64,000 nt of DNA, taken from NCBI RefSeq assembly GCF_001194135.2, contig NC_068994.1, positions 58,081,651-58,145,650 of the forward strand. Direction: 5' to 3'. This DNA comes from Octopus bimaculoides (lineage: Eukaryota). The position numbers and the translations under genes are program-made. The first letter of the stretch is position 1. Each line of letters opens with the position of its first letter. Below, one piece after another: positions 53,171 through 64,000 of the stretch. Below the pieces are notes generated by a model. It saw nothing but the letters and a program-made list of their open reading frames with translations, searched no databases and was not told the DNA's origin.

Positions 53171-53394
53171 AGACATTTTAAGATATCTATGGCTATGTGT
53201 CTTGTTTTTTACTGGTTTTCAGTCATTAGATTGTTGCCATGCTGGAGCACCACCTTGAAGAATTTTAGTTCGATGCATTGACCTGAACACTTTTCTTTTT
53301 AAGCCTGGTGCTTATTCTATCGGTCTCTTTAGCTGAACCGCTAAGTTATGGGGATGTAAAAACACCAACATTAGTTGTCAAATGTGTGTGTGTA

Positions 53395-53905
53395 TTCGTG
53401 CGGGTGACACGTAAAAGCACCCACTACACTCTCTGAGTGGTTGGCGTTAGGAAGGGCATCCAGCTGTAGAAACTCTGCCAAATCAGACTGGAGCCTGGTG
53501 TTGCCATCCGGTTTCACCAGTCCTCAGTCAAATCGTCCAACCCATGCTAGCATGGAAAGCGGACGTTAAACGATGATGATGATGATGATGATATATATAT
53601 ATATATATATACACACACACTCGGCTTGCGAAGACCTGTTGGGGTAATTGAAAACGAAATCGTGATGGCACCTGTACCAGTGGAGCACTAAGAGCACCGT
53701 CCGAGCGTGACCGTTGCCAGAGCACCTGTCTGGCTTCCGTGCCAGTGGCACGTAAATAGCACCATTTGAGGGTGATCGTTACCAGCATCGCCTTCCTGGC
53801 ACTTGTGCCGGTGGCTTGTGAAAAGACATTCGAGCGAGGTCGTTGCCAGTGCCGCTGGACTGGCTCCTGTGCAGGTGGCACGTAAAATACACCATTTTGA
53901 GCATG
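53395..53905. mobile_element. Two tail-proximal SINE copies: family A (+, 53395-53591) and a related minus-strand segment (about 53615-53905)
   Basis: The first part matches 28625-28821. The second part matches the 840-1030 segment (gccagtccagtggcactggcaa). Confidence 0.8.
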
Positions 53906-54088
53906 ACGATATCTACCTGTCTGTCTGTTCATCCAGCAAGCTAGCTATATCTCTATAGGTCATGTGAAATCAAACAGCAGAGATTGAATTGTTGGAAAGC
54001 AGACAAATGCATGATGAATGAGATTAACTCTACCATAATCTCAGAAGATTAAGAATTAAATCATTACAATACACGTACATAGCAAATG

Positions 54089-54126
<38 letters not shown>

Positions 54127-55834
54127 CAAAAAAACAATAACAAAAAAACAAAGAAACAACAAAGTGAGGACGTGATATGGATAGTATTATTGGACGCTCA
54201 GGAAAGGAAAGAGATATATATATATCCATAATAATACAAAAGAGAGAGTTTAGCTAAAGCTTAGTCTCAGCTTCACTCGCATGTCTGTTTCATTGACATT
54301 TACATTTGGATGAAGAGTTTTATCAGCAAGTCTACAGATGAACTCTTTCTGTTTGTCTGTCTGTGTCTGTTTGTCTAGGACGGCTCTCTTCATAATATCA
54401 TCACCATTATCAGGGTCATTATTTCTGTAATCCATCATCATCATTCTAACAACTATTGCCTCCATAAGCCTTCACCAACAACCAACCAACTATTATCATT
54501 ATTTTCACAATAACCATCACTATTGCAAGCCATCATCATCATCACAACTGTCGACTGCAGATGGCAGAAGCAAGCGTGTGTGTGCACCTTTAGAAAGATG
54601 AGGTGGAACAGAAAAGAGAACGTAAAGTACACGGTGGTTATGCAGCAGCCTGCTTCTCTTTTCACTTTGCTAATGGGATGAAGACATGCCAGCTTTATCT
54701 TAGTACAACCATTGTGTGTGTGTGTGGGGGGGGGGCATGCAATTGCATGCGTGTTGTGTGTGTATATATCTATATATATATAGATTTAATCAAAAGATTA
54801 AATGTGGTACTTAAAATGTTTGAGGTACCAGAATTTGGTAGGGTAAAAACCAAAAACAAAATCAAGAGATTTGGTGAATAAAATTTGAAGAAAAGCAACA
54901 AAAATTCAATAGGTTATAGCAGTACGTACGTTTCGCACAAACTTCATTTATTTATGTAATGAGAACACCACATAAGATGTGCAATGAAAATGTACTCCTC
55001 AGCTGCATAATGGAAGTTCATATTAGAAAGTCATTTTGTAGATGTGTGCAAAAACAAGAGTAGGAGAAGAAGAAAATACCATCTTGACTGGGCTGCTAAT
55101 GAACAGTCTAGTGAATCAAACATGAATTTAATTTCTATATATTCTAATTGGTGGGGAAACTATATTTAAATATATTTTTTGATGATTACAGCTGACTGAC
55201 ATAGGTTATAGTTTTACCTGTCATCAACAGAGTTGTGGCTTTTATCATGGTCTGTCTTGTTCTGTAATTGACTAACTATACACAGCATTTTTGAAAAGAA
55301 AAACAAAACCAACAAAAAAAACATTTGGATATATAAAGCCCCCAACACACATACGGATGCACATTCCAACGTGCCAAAATCCACCTGCCCTTCAAAACAA
55401 TAACCCTTTAGCATTCAGATTCCTCACTCAAATGCAATGTTTATTTATTCACCGCTCGACTGGCTCCCATGCCGGTGGCACATAAGCACCATTCAAGCGT
55501 GGCCGATGCCAGTACTTCCTGACTGGCCCTCGTGCCGGTGGCACATAAAAAACACTCGCTACACTCTCGGAGTGGTTGGCGATAGGAAGGGCATCCAGCT
55601 GTAGAAACACTACCAGATTGGATTGGAGCCTGGTACAGCCTCCTGGCTTGCCAGCCCTCAGTCAAACCATCCAACCCATGCCAGCATGGAAAACAGACAT
55701 TAAACAACAATGATGATGATGATTGTTTTGAATTAATCCTGGATTGAACATAAAAAAGTAAGGACATTTGGGCCAGTCCAAATGCTAAAATGTTAATGCT
55801 ATTAAGCCCCACATTCTGGAAGTTTGTTACTTAC

Positions 55835-55996
55835 GGAACATGCTTGTCTGAGAGCATTGATGGTTTTGTACTGTTCAGAGATCTTTTGCTGTAGACTGCG
55901 AATCTGTGCAAGGAAGGTGGAGTTTTCTTTGTCACTCTTCCTTGCCAGGTATCCTGGCACTTTGTTTTTACTGTTTTGGCAACTGCTGTTCTCTTT
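55835..55996 (-). CDS. JAKMIP: JAKMIP-family coiled-coil protein, most 5' coding exon found (54 aa, KENSSCQN...FLAQIRSLQQKISEQYKTINALRQACS)
   Basis: Acceptor tatttcag, 162-nt open phase-0 exon, donor gtaagt. The heptad segment resembles the recalled JAKMIP 'EFLRLQVLEQQHVIDDL' region. Confidence 0.85.
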
Positions 55997-56042
55997 CTGA
56001 AATAGACAAACACATCAAATTGGTCAATAAAATGTGTAGACC

Positions 56043-56149
<107 letters not shown>

Positions 56150-57369
56150 CATCATATACAAAAGCCTAAAATAAGTGTTAAGTTTATAAGAAAGTGACTT
56201 AGATTTCAGTGCCTTATATTTACAAGCATTGTATTTTAGTATTTAAGAAACATTTTATATTCTAAGTAAGAAATATTCAAATAATGGTTAATTGTTTGGA
56301 TTGAGACCAACTAACGAGAAAGTTTATGTAGTCTGCTTGAAATAGGAACTAATCTATCAAACCACATACTGCCTTACGAAAAGGAAGGACACATTAGATA
56401 AGATTCTTGGAAAAAGATAATCATGGCTGGAATGCTTTTGACCTTACGGTCCTATTTGATCAACAATGACCTGAATCTATCAAAACAAGGAAAATAGGGA
56501 GCAGTTCTTACTTGAAGACCATGAAACAGGGATTCTATTCACAGACTTCCCCTTGGAAGTAACAAATCAATCTTGTTGTCAGAGCATAAAGAAGGGGTCT
56601 TCACACAAACCAGCAACAGCCATGGAGCTGGAACAGCTTGGCCCCACCCCCACAAAAGATACTTCCTAAAACCCCAGCACCCATTTTATTCTTCACTCAG
56701 TGATTGAGCTGTTGGAAATCTATAACCAGTGATTGATCTATTAGAAAATAGTAACCAATGACGCTATTGTTCACAAATTACAATAAATAATAATAATAAT
56801 AATAATAGAATAAATGTATTTAACATTTTTGGTATTGGCTGACCATTCTATTATTATTATTATTATTATTAGAATGACATGGTAGGACAGGTGTGAGAGG
56901 CCAGACCCAACAGGTTTGAACATAAAACAGGTAGAATATTTGAACTGGATATGGTCTAAATGCTGAAGGGTTAACAACTGAACCATTCCATTGTGTATAA
57001 TGTTATTTAGTTTATCCAAAGTTCCACGTCTGCTCTTAGTAAATCCTTTGAAAATCCTACAACAAGGTGTTAAGGCTAGGTTACTAAGAAGAATCGGTCA
57101 AATTGTAATCTAAGAAGAGAAGTAACCCTTTCACAGGCAAAACTGATGTGAACTGAAACAGATCGAGGAAATTAGAGGCAAAAAAGATCAAAAATCAATG
57201 CAAGAGAGAGAAAGAGAGAGACATACCTTGATAAATGTGAGTATGTGATCAACAGAAGGTCCATAGACAACTTCACCGAGACATAAATGTGAACAACATC
57301 CAGAATTTAGACAACGTAACTTGTAAAACTCGTTTCCATAGAGTGGTGCCATATCTTTGGACTTTACGA

Positions 57370-57409
<40 letters not shown>

Positions 57410-58445
57410 AGGTGTTTGTGGAAGTGAGGTGAAGAGCAAGTCACAGAATGAATGGGAACAGAAAATCCTTTGGTGATGGACAGTTGAAACAGTAGCATTG
57501 ACTTTCAGACAATTTTGAATAAATATTTAATGATTCATCAACTTTGTCAAATATTGGTTAGAACTAATGGATTCAACACGATGAAGCATGACATAGCTGG
57601 AATAAGAGGGAGAATCACAAACAGCCGAGTGGACCAGACTTGGAAGAATTGCCTTGGTCTCAGCTGAAGATGGTTTTTTTATATTGTTTTGATATACAGA
57701 ACACTAGTCCACCCCTGACCGCTTACTGAAACAGTAAACAGAACTGGGGTCAACGAGGGTGGAGGGACAGAGAAAATAACCGAGTGATAGAGTGACAAAA
57801 TAACTGAAATTGGTCATGTGGTTTGGTGATTTGGAGAGCAGGGATCAAATCCTCAGTCGAACACAATTACAACCGACTGAACAGAGCTAAAGTAAACATG
57901 TGGACCAGATAAAGGCAACACCGACTAACTATTAGCTTTTAACATTATCCTTTTAGATAATCCACTCTTAAACTACATTGATTAGGATTAGCAACCCATT
58001 GCTAAAAGCAAATAATTGTTTAATCTTGTGTGTAGTTTAATTGGTAATTAAGCAAATGGGAAACTTTAGAAAAAAAAGCCTCAGAGATAATTAGATAATT
58101 AATTTAGCTTTATATAGGTCATCATAAAGTTATTGAAGTTTAGAGGCAGAAAGTTGGTTCTACAACTCATGTTACTCTTAACTTTTTTTGGCAAATTTCC
58201 AGAATATTTACATACACACACGCACACAATCATCTTGATTGTCGTCATCAACATCCCTGTCGTTGTCTAAGATAATATTTTTTTTTCTGTGCCAGCAGAA
58301 AATTAGAAATATCTGCCAGTTCTCCTGCATCCGTTATTTCTGGCACTGTTCCAAGACAAAAACAGGGCAATACAACAGGTGTGATGACAGCAAGTGTGTA
58401 GACTTAAAAGAGAAGGTGGAGAGAACAAGCAGATGTGTGTATATA

Positions 58446-59205
58446 NNNNNNNNNNNNNNNNNNNNNNNNNNNNNNNNNNNNNNNNNNNNNNNNNNNNNNN
58501 NNNNNNNNNNNNNNNNNNNNNNNNNNNNNNNNNNNNNNNNNNNNNNNNNNNNNNNNNNNNNNNNNNNNNNNNNNNNNNNNNNNNNNNNNNNNNNNNNNNN
58601 NNNNNNNNNNNNNNNNNNNNNNNNNNNNNNNNNNNNNNNNNNNNNNNNNNNNNNNNNNNNNNNNNNNNNNNNNNNNNNNNNNNNNNNNNNNNNNNNNNNN
58701 NNNNNNNNNNNNNNNNNNNNNNNNNNNNNNNNNNNNNNNNNNNNNNNNNNNNNNNNNNNNNNNNNNNNNNNNNNNNNNNNNNNNNNNNNNNNNNNNNNNN
58801 NNNNNNNNNNNNNNNNNNNNNNNNNNNNNNNNNNNNNNNNNNNNNNNNNNNNNNNNNNNNNNNNNNNNNNNNNNNNNNNNNNNNNNNNNNNNNNNNNNNN
58901 NNNNNNNNNNNNNNNNNNNNNNNNNNNNNNNNNNNNNNNNNNNNNNNNNNNNNNNNNNNNNNNNNNNNNNNNNNNNNNNNNNNNNNNNNNNNNNNNNNNN
59001 NNNNNNNNNNNNNNNNNNNNNNNNNNNNNNNNNNNNNNNNNNNNNNNNNNNNNNNNNNNNNNNNNNNNNNNNNNNNNNNNNNNNNNNNNNNNNNNNNNNN
59101 NNNNNNNNNNNNNNNNNNNNNNNNNNNNNNNNNNNNNNNNNNNNNNNNNNNNNNNNNNNNNNNNNNNNNNNNNNNNNNNNNNNNNNNNNNNNNNNNNNNN
59201 NNNNN
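58446..59205. other. Assembly gap. Other gaps are at 2813-3129, 22971-22980, 38062-38190, 42845-42854 and 45616-45625.
   Basis: Runs of N. Confidence 0.99.
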
Positions 59206-60325
59206 AAAGGTAACAAGTTGACAAAATATACAGCATGCCAGATACAACTCCAAAACATTCCATCCCTCTACGCGTTCTGAGTTCAAATTCCACCAAGGTT
59301 GACTCCATTTTTTATTCTTTAAGGGATGATGAAACGAGTACCAGTCAAGTACTGGGGTCAGTGTAATCAACTTAACTGCTCCCCTCCAAATTTTACGCTT
59401 TGTGCCTCTAGCAGGAAGGAGTATTTATGGAGTGGCTTCCTTCAAATTCCACTGAAGCAATTTATTTTGTGTCTGTCATGCAGTTTCGAAAATAATAGAA
59501 ATTTCTTATAACATAAGCAACACACACACACATTGTGTGTATGTGTGTGTGTGTGGTGGGGTGCCTGTGTGATTTGGCAGAGACGGTTGCCACCCCTTTC
59601 TTGTAAGCTGAATATTGAACTGTGAACTAGATGAGAAAGTGGTGGGGAGAGAACAGAAAGGTTAATCAGAGATTAAAGGGAAGGAATAACATAGAATAAG
59701 GGCAGAGGATTAGAAGATTCAGTACAACATCAGACAAACTACCTATGGTATTTAGTTTAACTGTTTACATTCTGAGTTCAAATCCTACCGAGGTAAGCTT
59801 TGTCTGTAGGCCTTCTGGGGGTTGGATAAAAATTTTAATGTTAATCAGGGTAGATGGAAGTATAAATCCCTGAATGACTCCAATATTCCAGGAAGGAACA
59901 GTGACCCCAAAGTGTCAGCTTTAAAAGACATCAAATCCAAACATGTCTAAATTATTTTAACTTAGAAAAGGAAAAATAATGGGAAGATTTAATTGATCTT
60001 GCAAGTGGGAAATTGGGAGAAATAAAGCTAAACAGTCAGTTTTTTATTAAAAAATAATAATGATGATAATAATAATAAAAATTAAAAAAATAATAATAAT
60101 GATGATAATACATCTTTCTACAATTGGCATAAGGCATTGAAATTTGTGGGGAGGGGTTATGTCAATTACAGTGACCCTAGTACTTGACTGGTACTTAATT
60201 CATTGAACCCAAAAGGATGAAAGGCAAAGCCGACCACAGTGGAATTAGAACGCAGAGCATAAAGATGGATGAAATACCGTTAAGTATTTCATCCAGAGTG
60301 CTAACGAGTCTGCCGGCTCACCGTT

Positions 60326-60373
<48 letters not shown>

Positions 60374-61036
60374 CCCTGATGCAGTACCAGGTAGTGGCTC
60401 TCATGGCTTCTGATCTTAACTGATTGGAAGTGTTATCATGTACATTGACAAGCCTTGTCGGTGGGTTTGGTAGATGGGAACTGAAAGAAGCCTTGAGCCT
60501 GGTGCAGCCTCCTGGCTTGCCAGTCTTCAGTTAAACCGTCCAACCCATGCCAGCATGGAAAGTGGACGTTAAATGATGATGATGATGATCCGTGTGTCTT
60601 TGTAACCCCCCACTCCATTGCTTGACAACAAATGTTGGTCTGTTTACGCAGACGTTAATTAGCAGTTTGACAAAAGAGGCAGATAGAATAAGTGGCGGGC
60701 TTAAAACAAATGTACTGCGATCAATTCATTCGACTAGAAATTCTTCATAGCGGTGCCCCAGCATGGCCGCAATCTTATACGGACTGAAGCAAGTAAAAGA
60801 CGTGTGTCTGTGTGAGCGAGTGTGGGGTGAGGATGAGAGAGAGAGAGAGAGAGAGAGAGAGGTTTGTAGAGGGCTGATAGAGAAATAAGATATTTGGAAA
60901 GTAGAAGGGATTATTTATTGCGCATTACGACTGTGAAGGAGTTATTTCTATATTATACTAGTCTATAGGAGAGAGGGGGAGAGTATGAGAAAGAGTGAAC
61001 ATCTGTGTGCCTTTATCTTAGCATTTACGTAGTTAT

Positions 61037-61083
<47 letters not shown>

Positions 61084-62419
61084 TATAAGAGAAAGAGAAT
61101 GTATGTGAATGAGAGTGTATGAGAGAGAGAGGGAGTGGATATAAGTGTATTAGAGAGAGTATGTGTATGAGAGAGTGTGCATGTGTGTGAAAGAGAGTGT
61201 GCATGTGTATGAGAGGGAGTGTGTGGGAGTAATTACTTTACGGTATTTAATGCGCACTTTTGTTTTTGTTATTGTAAAAATTGATCCTATAAAACTGCCC
61301 TGCAACAGAGCTTTCAGTACCTTCGGAATAGATTTTATGCAGAAAAATTTCCCCTTCAAATTGAGACTGCACATTATACGCATATTGTATTCACAGGGAC
61401 CGTTTTTACTGGAATACAGTGTTTTCTCAAATATAAAGTCGTTTTGTTTTCTAAAACAACAACTAAAAAAAAAAAAATCAGCAATATATATAGTTTAGCC
61501 TCCTAATTTTATTTTACACCCCAAGATAATGTTACCTTACAATTTTGATCCTGACATTTTGCATTAAATTTCGCACATTATAACACATGACTAAACATGG
61601 TATATATACATATATACACGAGTATATCTATCCATCCATCCATCTATATATATATCTACCTACCTACCTAACTATATATCTATCTAAATAAAGTGAAATA
61701 ATAGAACAGAAGAGGTAAATAAATAGTGGTGATGGTTTGGGGAGAGTGGGGGAAAATAGTTTTGGTGGGAAGAGAAAAAGTTACATTCAGACAAGAAGTC
61801 CTCGGTGGAGAAAGATGACAATTATATGGGATGAAATGATATGTTTATAATATCGAACAGTCATGATCAAATTGTGACCCGTAAGACTTTCTGAATGATG
61901 GCACGCCAACAAAAAAAATTACCTTGAAATTTTTCAGTATTTTGATCTGCTCCTCGAAAAAGGATACCCGTACCCGATATAGTATATACTTGACGGGATT
62001 AATCTAATCTGTCTACCCGCAATTACACCGCCACCACCTCCCAAACTGCTTACTCGAATAACAATGTTAAACCACAGACCCAATCACATAGGTGTTAACA
62101 TGAAATAGTGTGCGCACACGCACACAAAATCTGATTTTAAAATACCAGCGAGAGATATAGATGAATAATTAGTGAATAATTAGGCTTGCTAGAAACAACA
62201 GCAAAATCTCATTCAAATCACACCGCACAAAAGATACACAACGCAATTCAAGATATGTAAAAAGACAGGATGGTCATGGGTGGAATGTCTTTGATAACGG
62301 TATAAGAATTGGATGAGATATGATGGCTCGGCTGTCTCTCCCCAGTTCTTATATTAATCATCAAATCCAGAAATACAGCAACACGAGGGATAGCGGTAAC
62401 AACAGATCAATAGTTTATT

Positions 62420-62716
62420 CTAGGTTGGTGTAGAGCCGTTTCGTTCCTGGGTGAATAGGCATGCCGCTAGAATACCAAAGGAAGCTTCGACCACATGTCG
62501 GGGTTGAGTTGGGACAGCCTGGAAGAACATCTTGTCACGACACCTGCTGGATGGATAAGAGATACGTGTTGTCGCCACCGCTGCTAGAGAGAAAAGAGAT
62601 TGAAATGCTATCGCTTTTTCTCCACCTGTTGCATTGCGCATGCGTGCTCGGGTACTTCTGCTGACGGCAAGTCCCTTGCACATGCTCAATGGCACTTCCC
62701 AAGATGGTGGCCACAC
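62420..62716 (-). mobile_element. Probable PIF/Harbinger transposase remnant
   Basis: SYPSSRCRDKMFFQAVPTQPRHVVEASFGILA has the spacing of the Harbinger motif PYP...[24 protein letters not shown]. Confidence 0.5.
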
Positions 62717-64000
62717 GCGCCACTACAATGGTTTTGATAAATCAAGGTTGATCTTGTATTTCTGCTACATGTATACACACTAAATATATATATGCACAAA
62801 GCAACAAGCACACATGTCCGCCATGAGTAAACATGCTTTCTTGGAAACTGACCGAAGGTGTGGAAACTGACCGAAGGTGTGGTGGTGAGGGGAGATGTAG
62901 AGTTATCTTTTTGCGTTTGTTTCAGTCATTAGATTGCAGTCATGCTGCAGCACCACAGTGGTACTAAGTCTACTGGTTCATTTCGCCAAACTTAAGTTAC
63001 AGGGGATATAAACAAACCAACACCAGTTATCGAGCAGTGGTGGGACAAACACAGCGACACACACATGACAGGCTTCTTTCAGTTTCTGTCTCTAAATCCA
63101 GTCACAAGGATTTGTTTGGCCTTGGGCTATAGTAGAAAACACTTGCCCAAGGTGTCACACAGTGGGACGGAACCCAAAGCCACAAGGTTGGGAAGCAAAC
63201 TTCTTAATCACACAGGTATGGTAGGTGAAAGGTAGTTTTATCAATAAATATAACGTTAAGTCAATTGTTTTTTGAAGAGGTTTCTGGATTGGTTTTTCTT
63301 TTCTACTTATTTGTATATCCAAAATGGTTAAAGCAGATACCACGACAACAGAAGAAAAAAAGGAGAGGTTAAAAGGATCAAAAGTACGTGGAAAGAAATA
63401 GTAATGGTGGTGGTGGTGGTGGTGTTAGTGACGGTGGTGATGGTATTGTTGATGGTGTTGTGGTATTAGTAATGCTGCTCCTGGTCGTGACAATGGTATC
63501 AATAGAGAGGAAAGCAGCAATGATGATGACGACAATAGTGATGTTGATGATGATGGCAATATGTATACAGATTATCATACATGAGCCTTCTGGCAAAAGA
63601 CAGAGTTGTGTATCTTGCTCAAGAAAAGAAAAAATCTATCAATATAGAGGAAGCAACAAGACCTGTTGCTGGTCTGTTCACACAACCATTATGGCTGTTA
63701 AGACACACAGACAGACCAATGGTTGAATGCAGCAACAATTGCTACAACCGTTTCTTTGTTCTGATCTTGTGGACAGTGAAAAGGGAACGAATGCGAAAAG
63801 GACAAAAGGAAGACATACTGGATAAGCTCGTGTCTTAGCACGCACACACACACACACACACACACACGTATACAAAAGAACATTATCATTTGAAAGGACG
63901 TATACACATAAGCTATCATTTTGCTCTTAATTACAGCTCCCCACCCCACTCTCCTTTCACTATTGTATTCTTGATAATGGATGGGAGTATCCAAAGAGGA

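Noticed and set aside
57227-57360. Open frame ending at a strong donor AAG|gtatgt (MAPLYGNEFY...HILTFIK)
   Set aside because: No convincing acceptor, and no coiled-coil or JAKMIP similarity.
58239-59370. Long ORFs (275-355 aa) spanning the big gap, and similar ones at 2686-3200
   Set aside because: They consist of X from N runs.
62845-62882. 19-bp direct repeat ggaaactgaccgaaggtgt x2 as a CRISPR-like repeat
   Set aside because: Only two adjacent copies with no spacer, in a eukaryotic context: a simple slippage duplication.

Overview
This is AT-rich, microsatellite- and SINE-dense animal genomic DNA. The repeat families and (CA)n/(AT)n/(AG)n/(AAT)n density look like an Octopus (coleoid cephalopod) draft scaffold; this is inference. 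There are six N-gaps. No prokaryotic features (rRNA, CRISPR, operons) are present, and almost all ORFs in the supplied track are microsatellite or gap artefacts. The window is dominated by one minus-strand multi-exon gene, which I reconstructed by hand from GT-AG sites. It has 17 frame-compatible exons from 55996 down to about 3821, about 5.47 kb of CDS (about 1,820 aa), and its 5' end is not in the window. The upstream exons encode the recognisable JAKMIP/Marlin-1/NECC coiled-coil core (YRQLMREHLELKKSYTLLQTQTSSALDPERELK...DLEFRILELEE). That core is followed by a block of about 1,270 aa of acidic coiled coil in five phase-0 exons, including 1,017-nt and 2,091-nt exons, which vertebrate JAKMIPs lack. 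The most interesting unexplained structure is around this block. (i) There are two candidate internal start exons in the 13.8-kb intron just before it. (ii) A candidate spliced C-terminal transmembrane exon at 193-393 competes with an in-frame stop at 3821. (iii) There is a frame-compensating 16-nt plus 59-nt cassette pair. Introns carry several SINE families and MITEs (piggyBac-, hAT- and Tc1/mariner-type), plus decayed R4/Dong-like, RTE, Penelope-like and Harbinger-like fragments. All family assignments rest on recalled motifs, not database searches.
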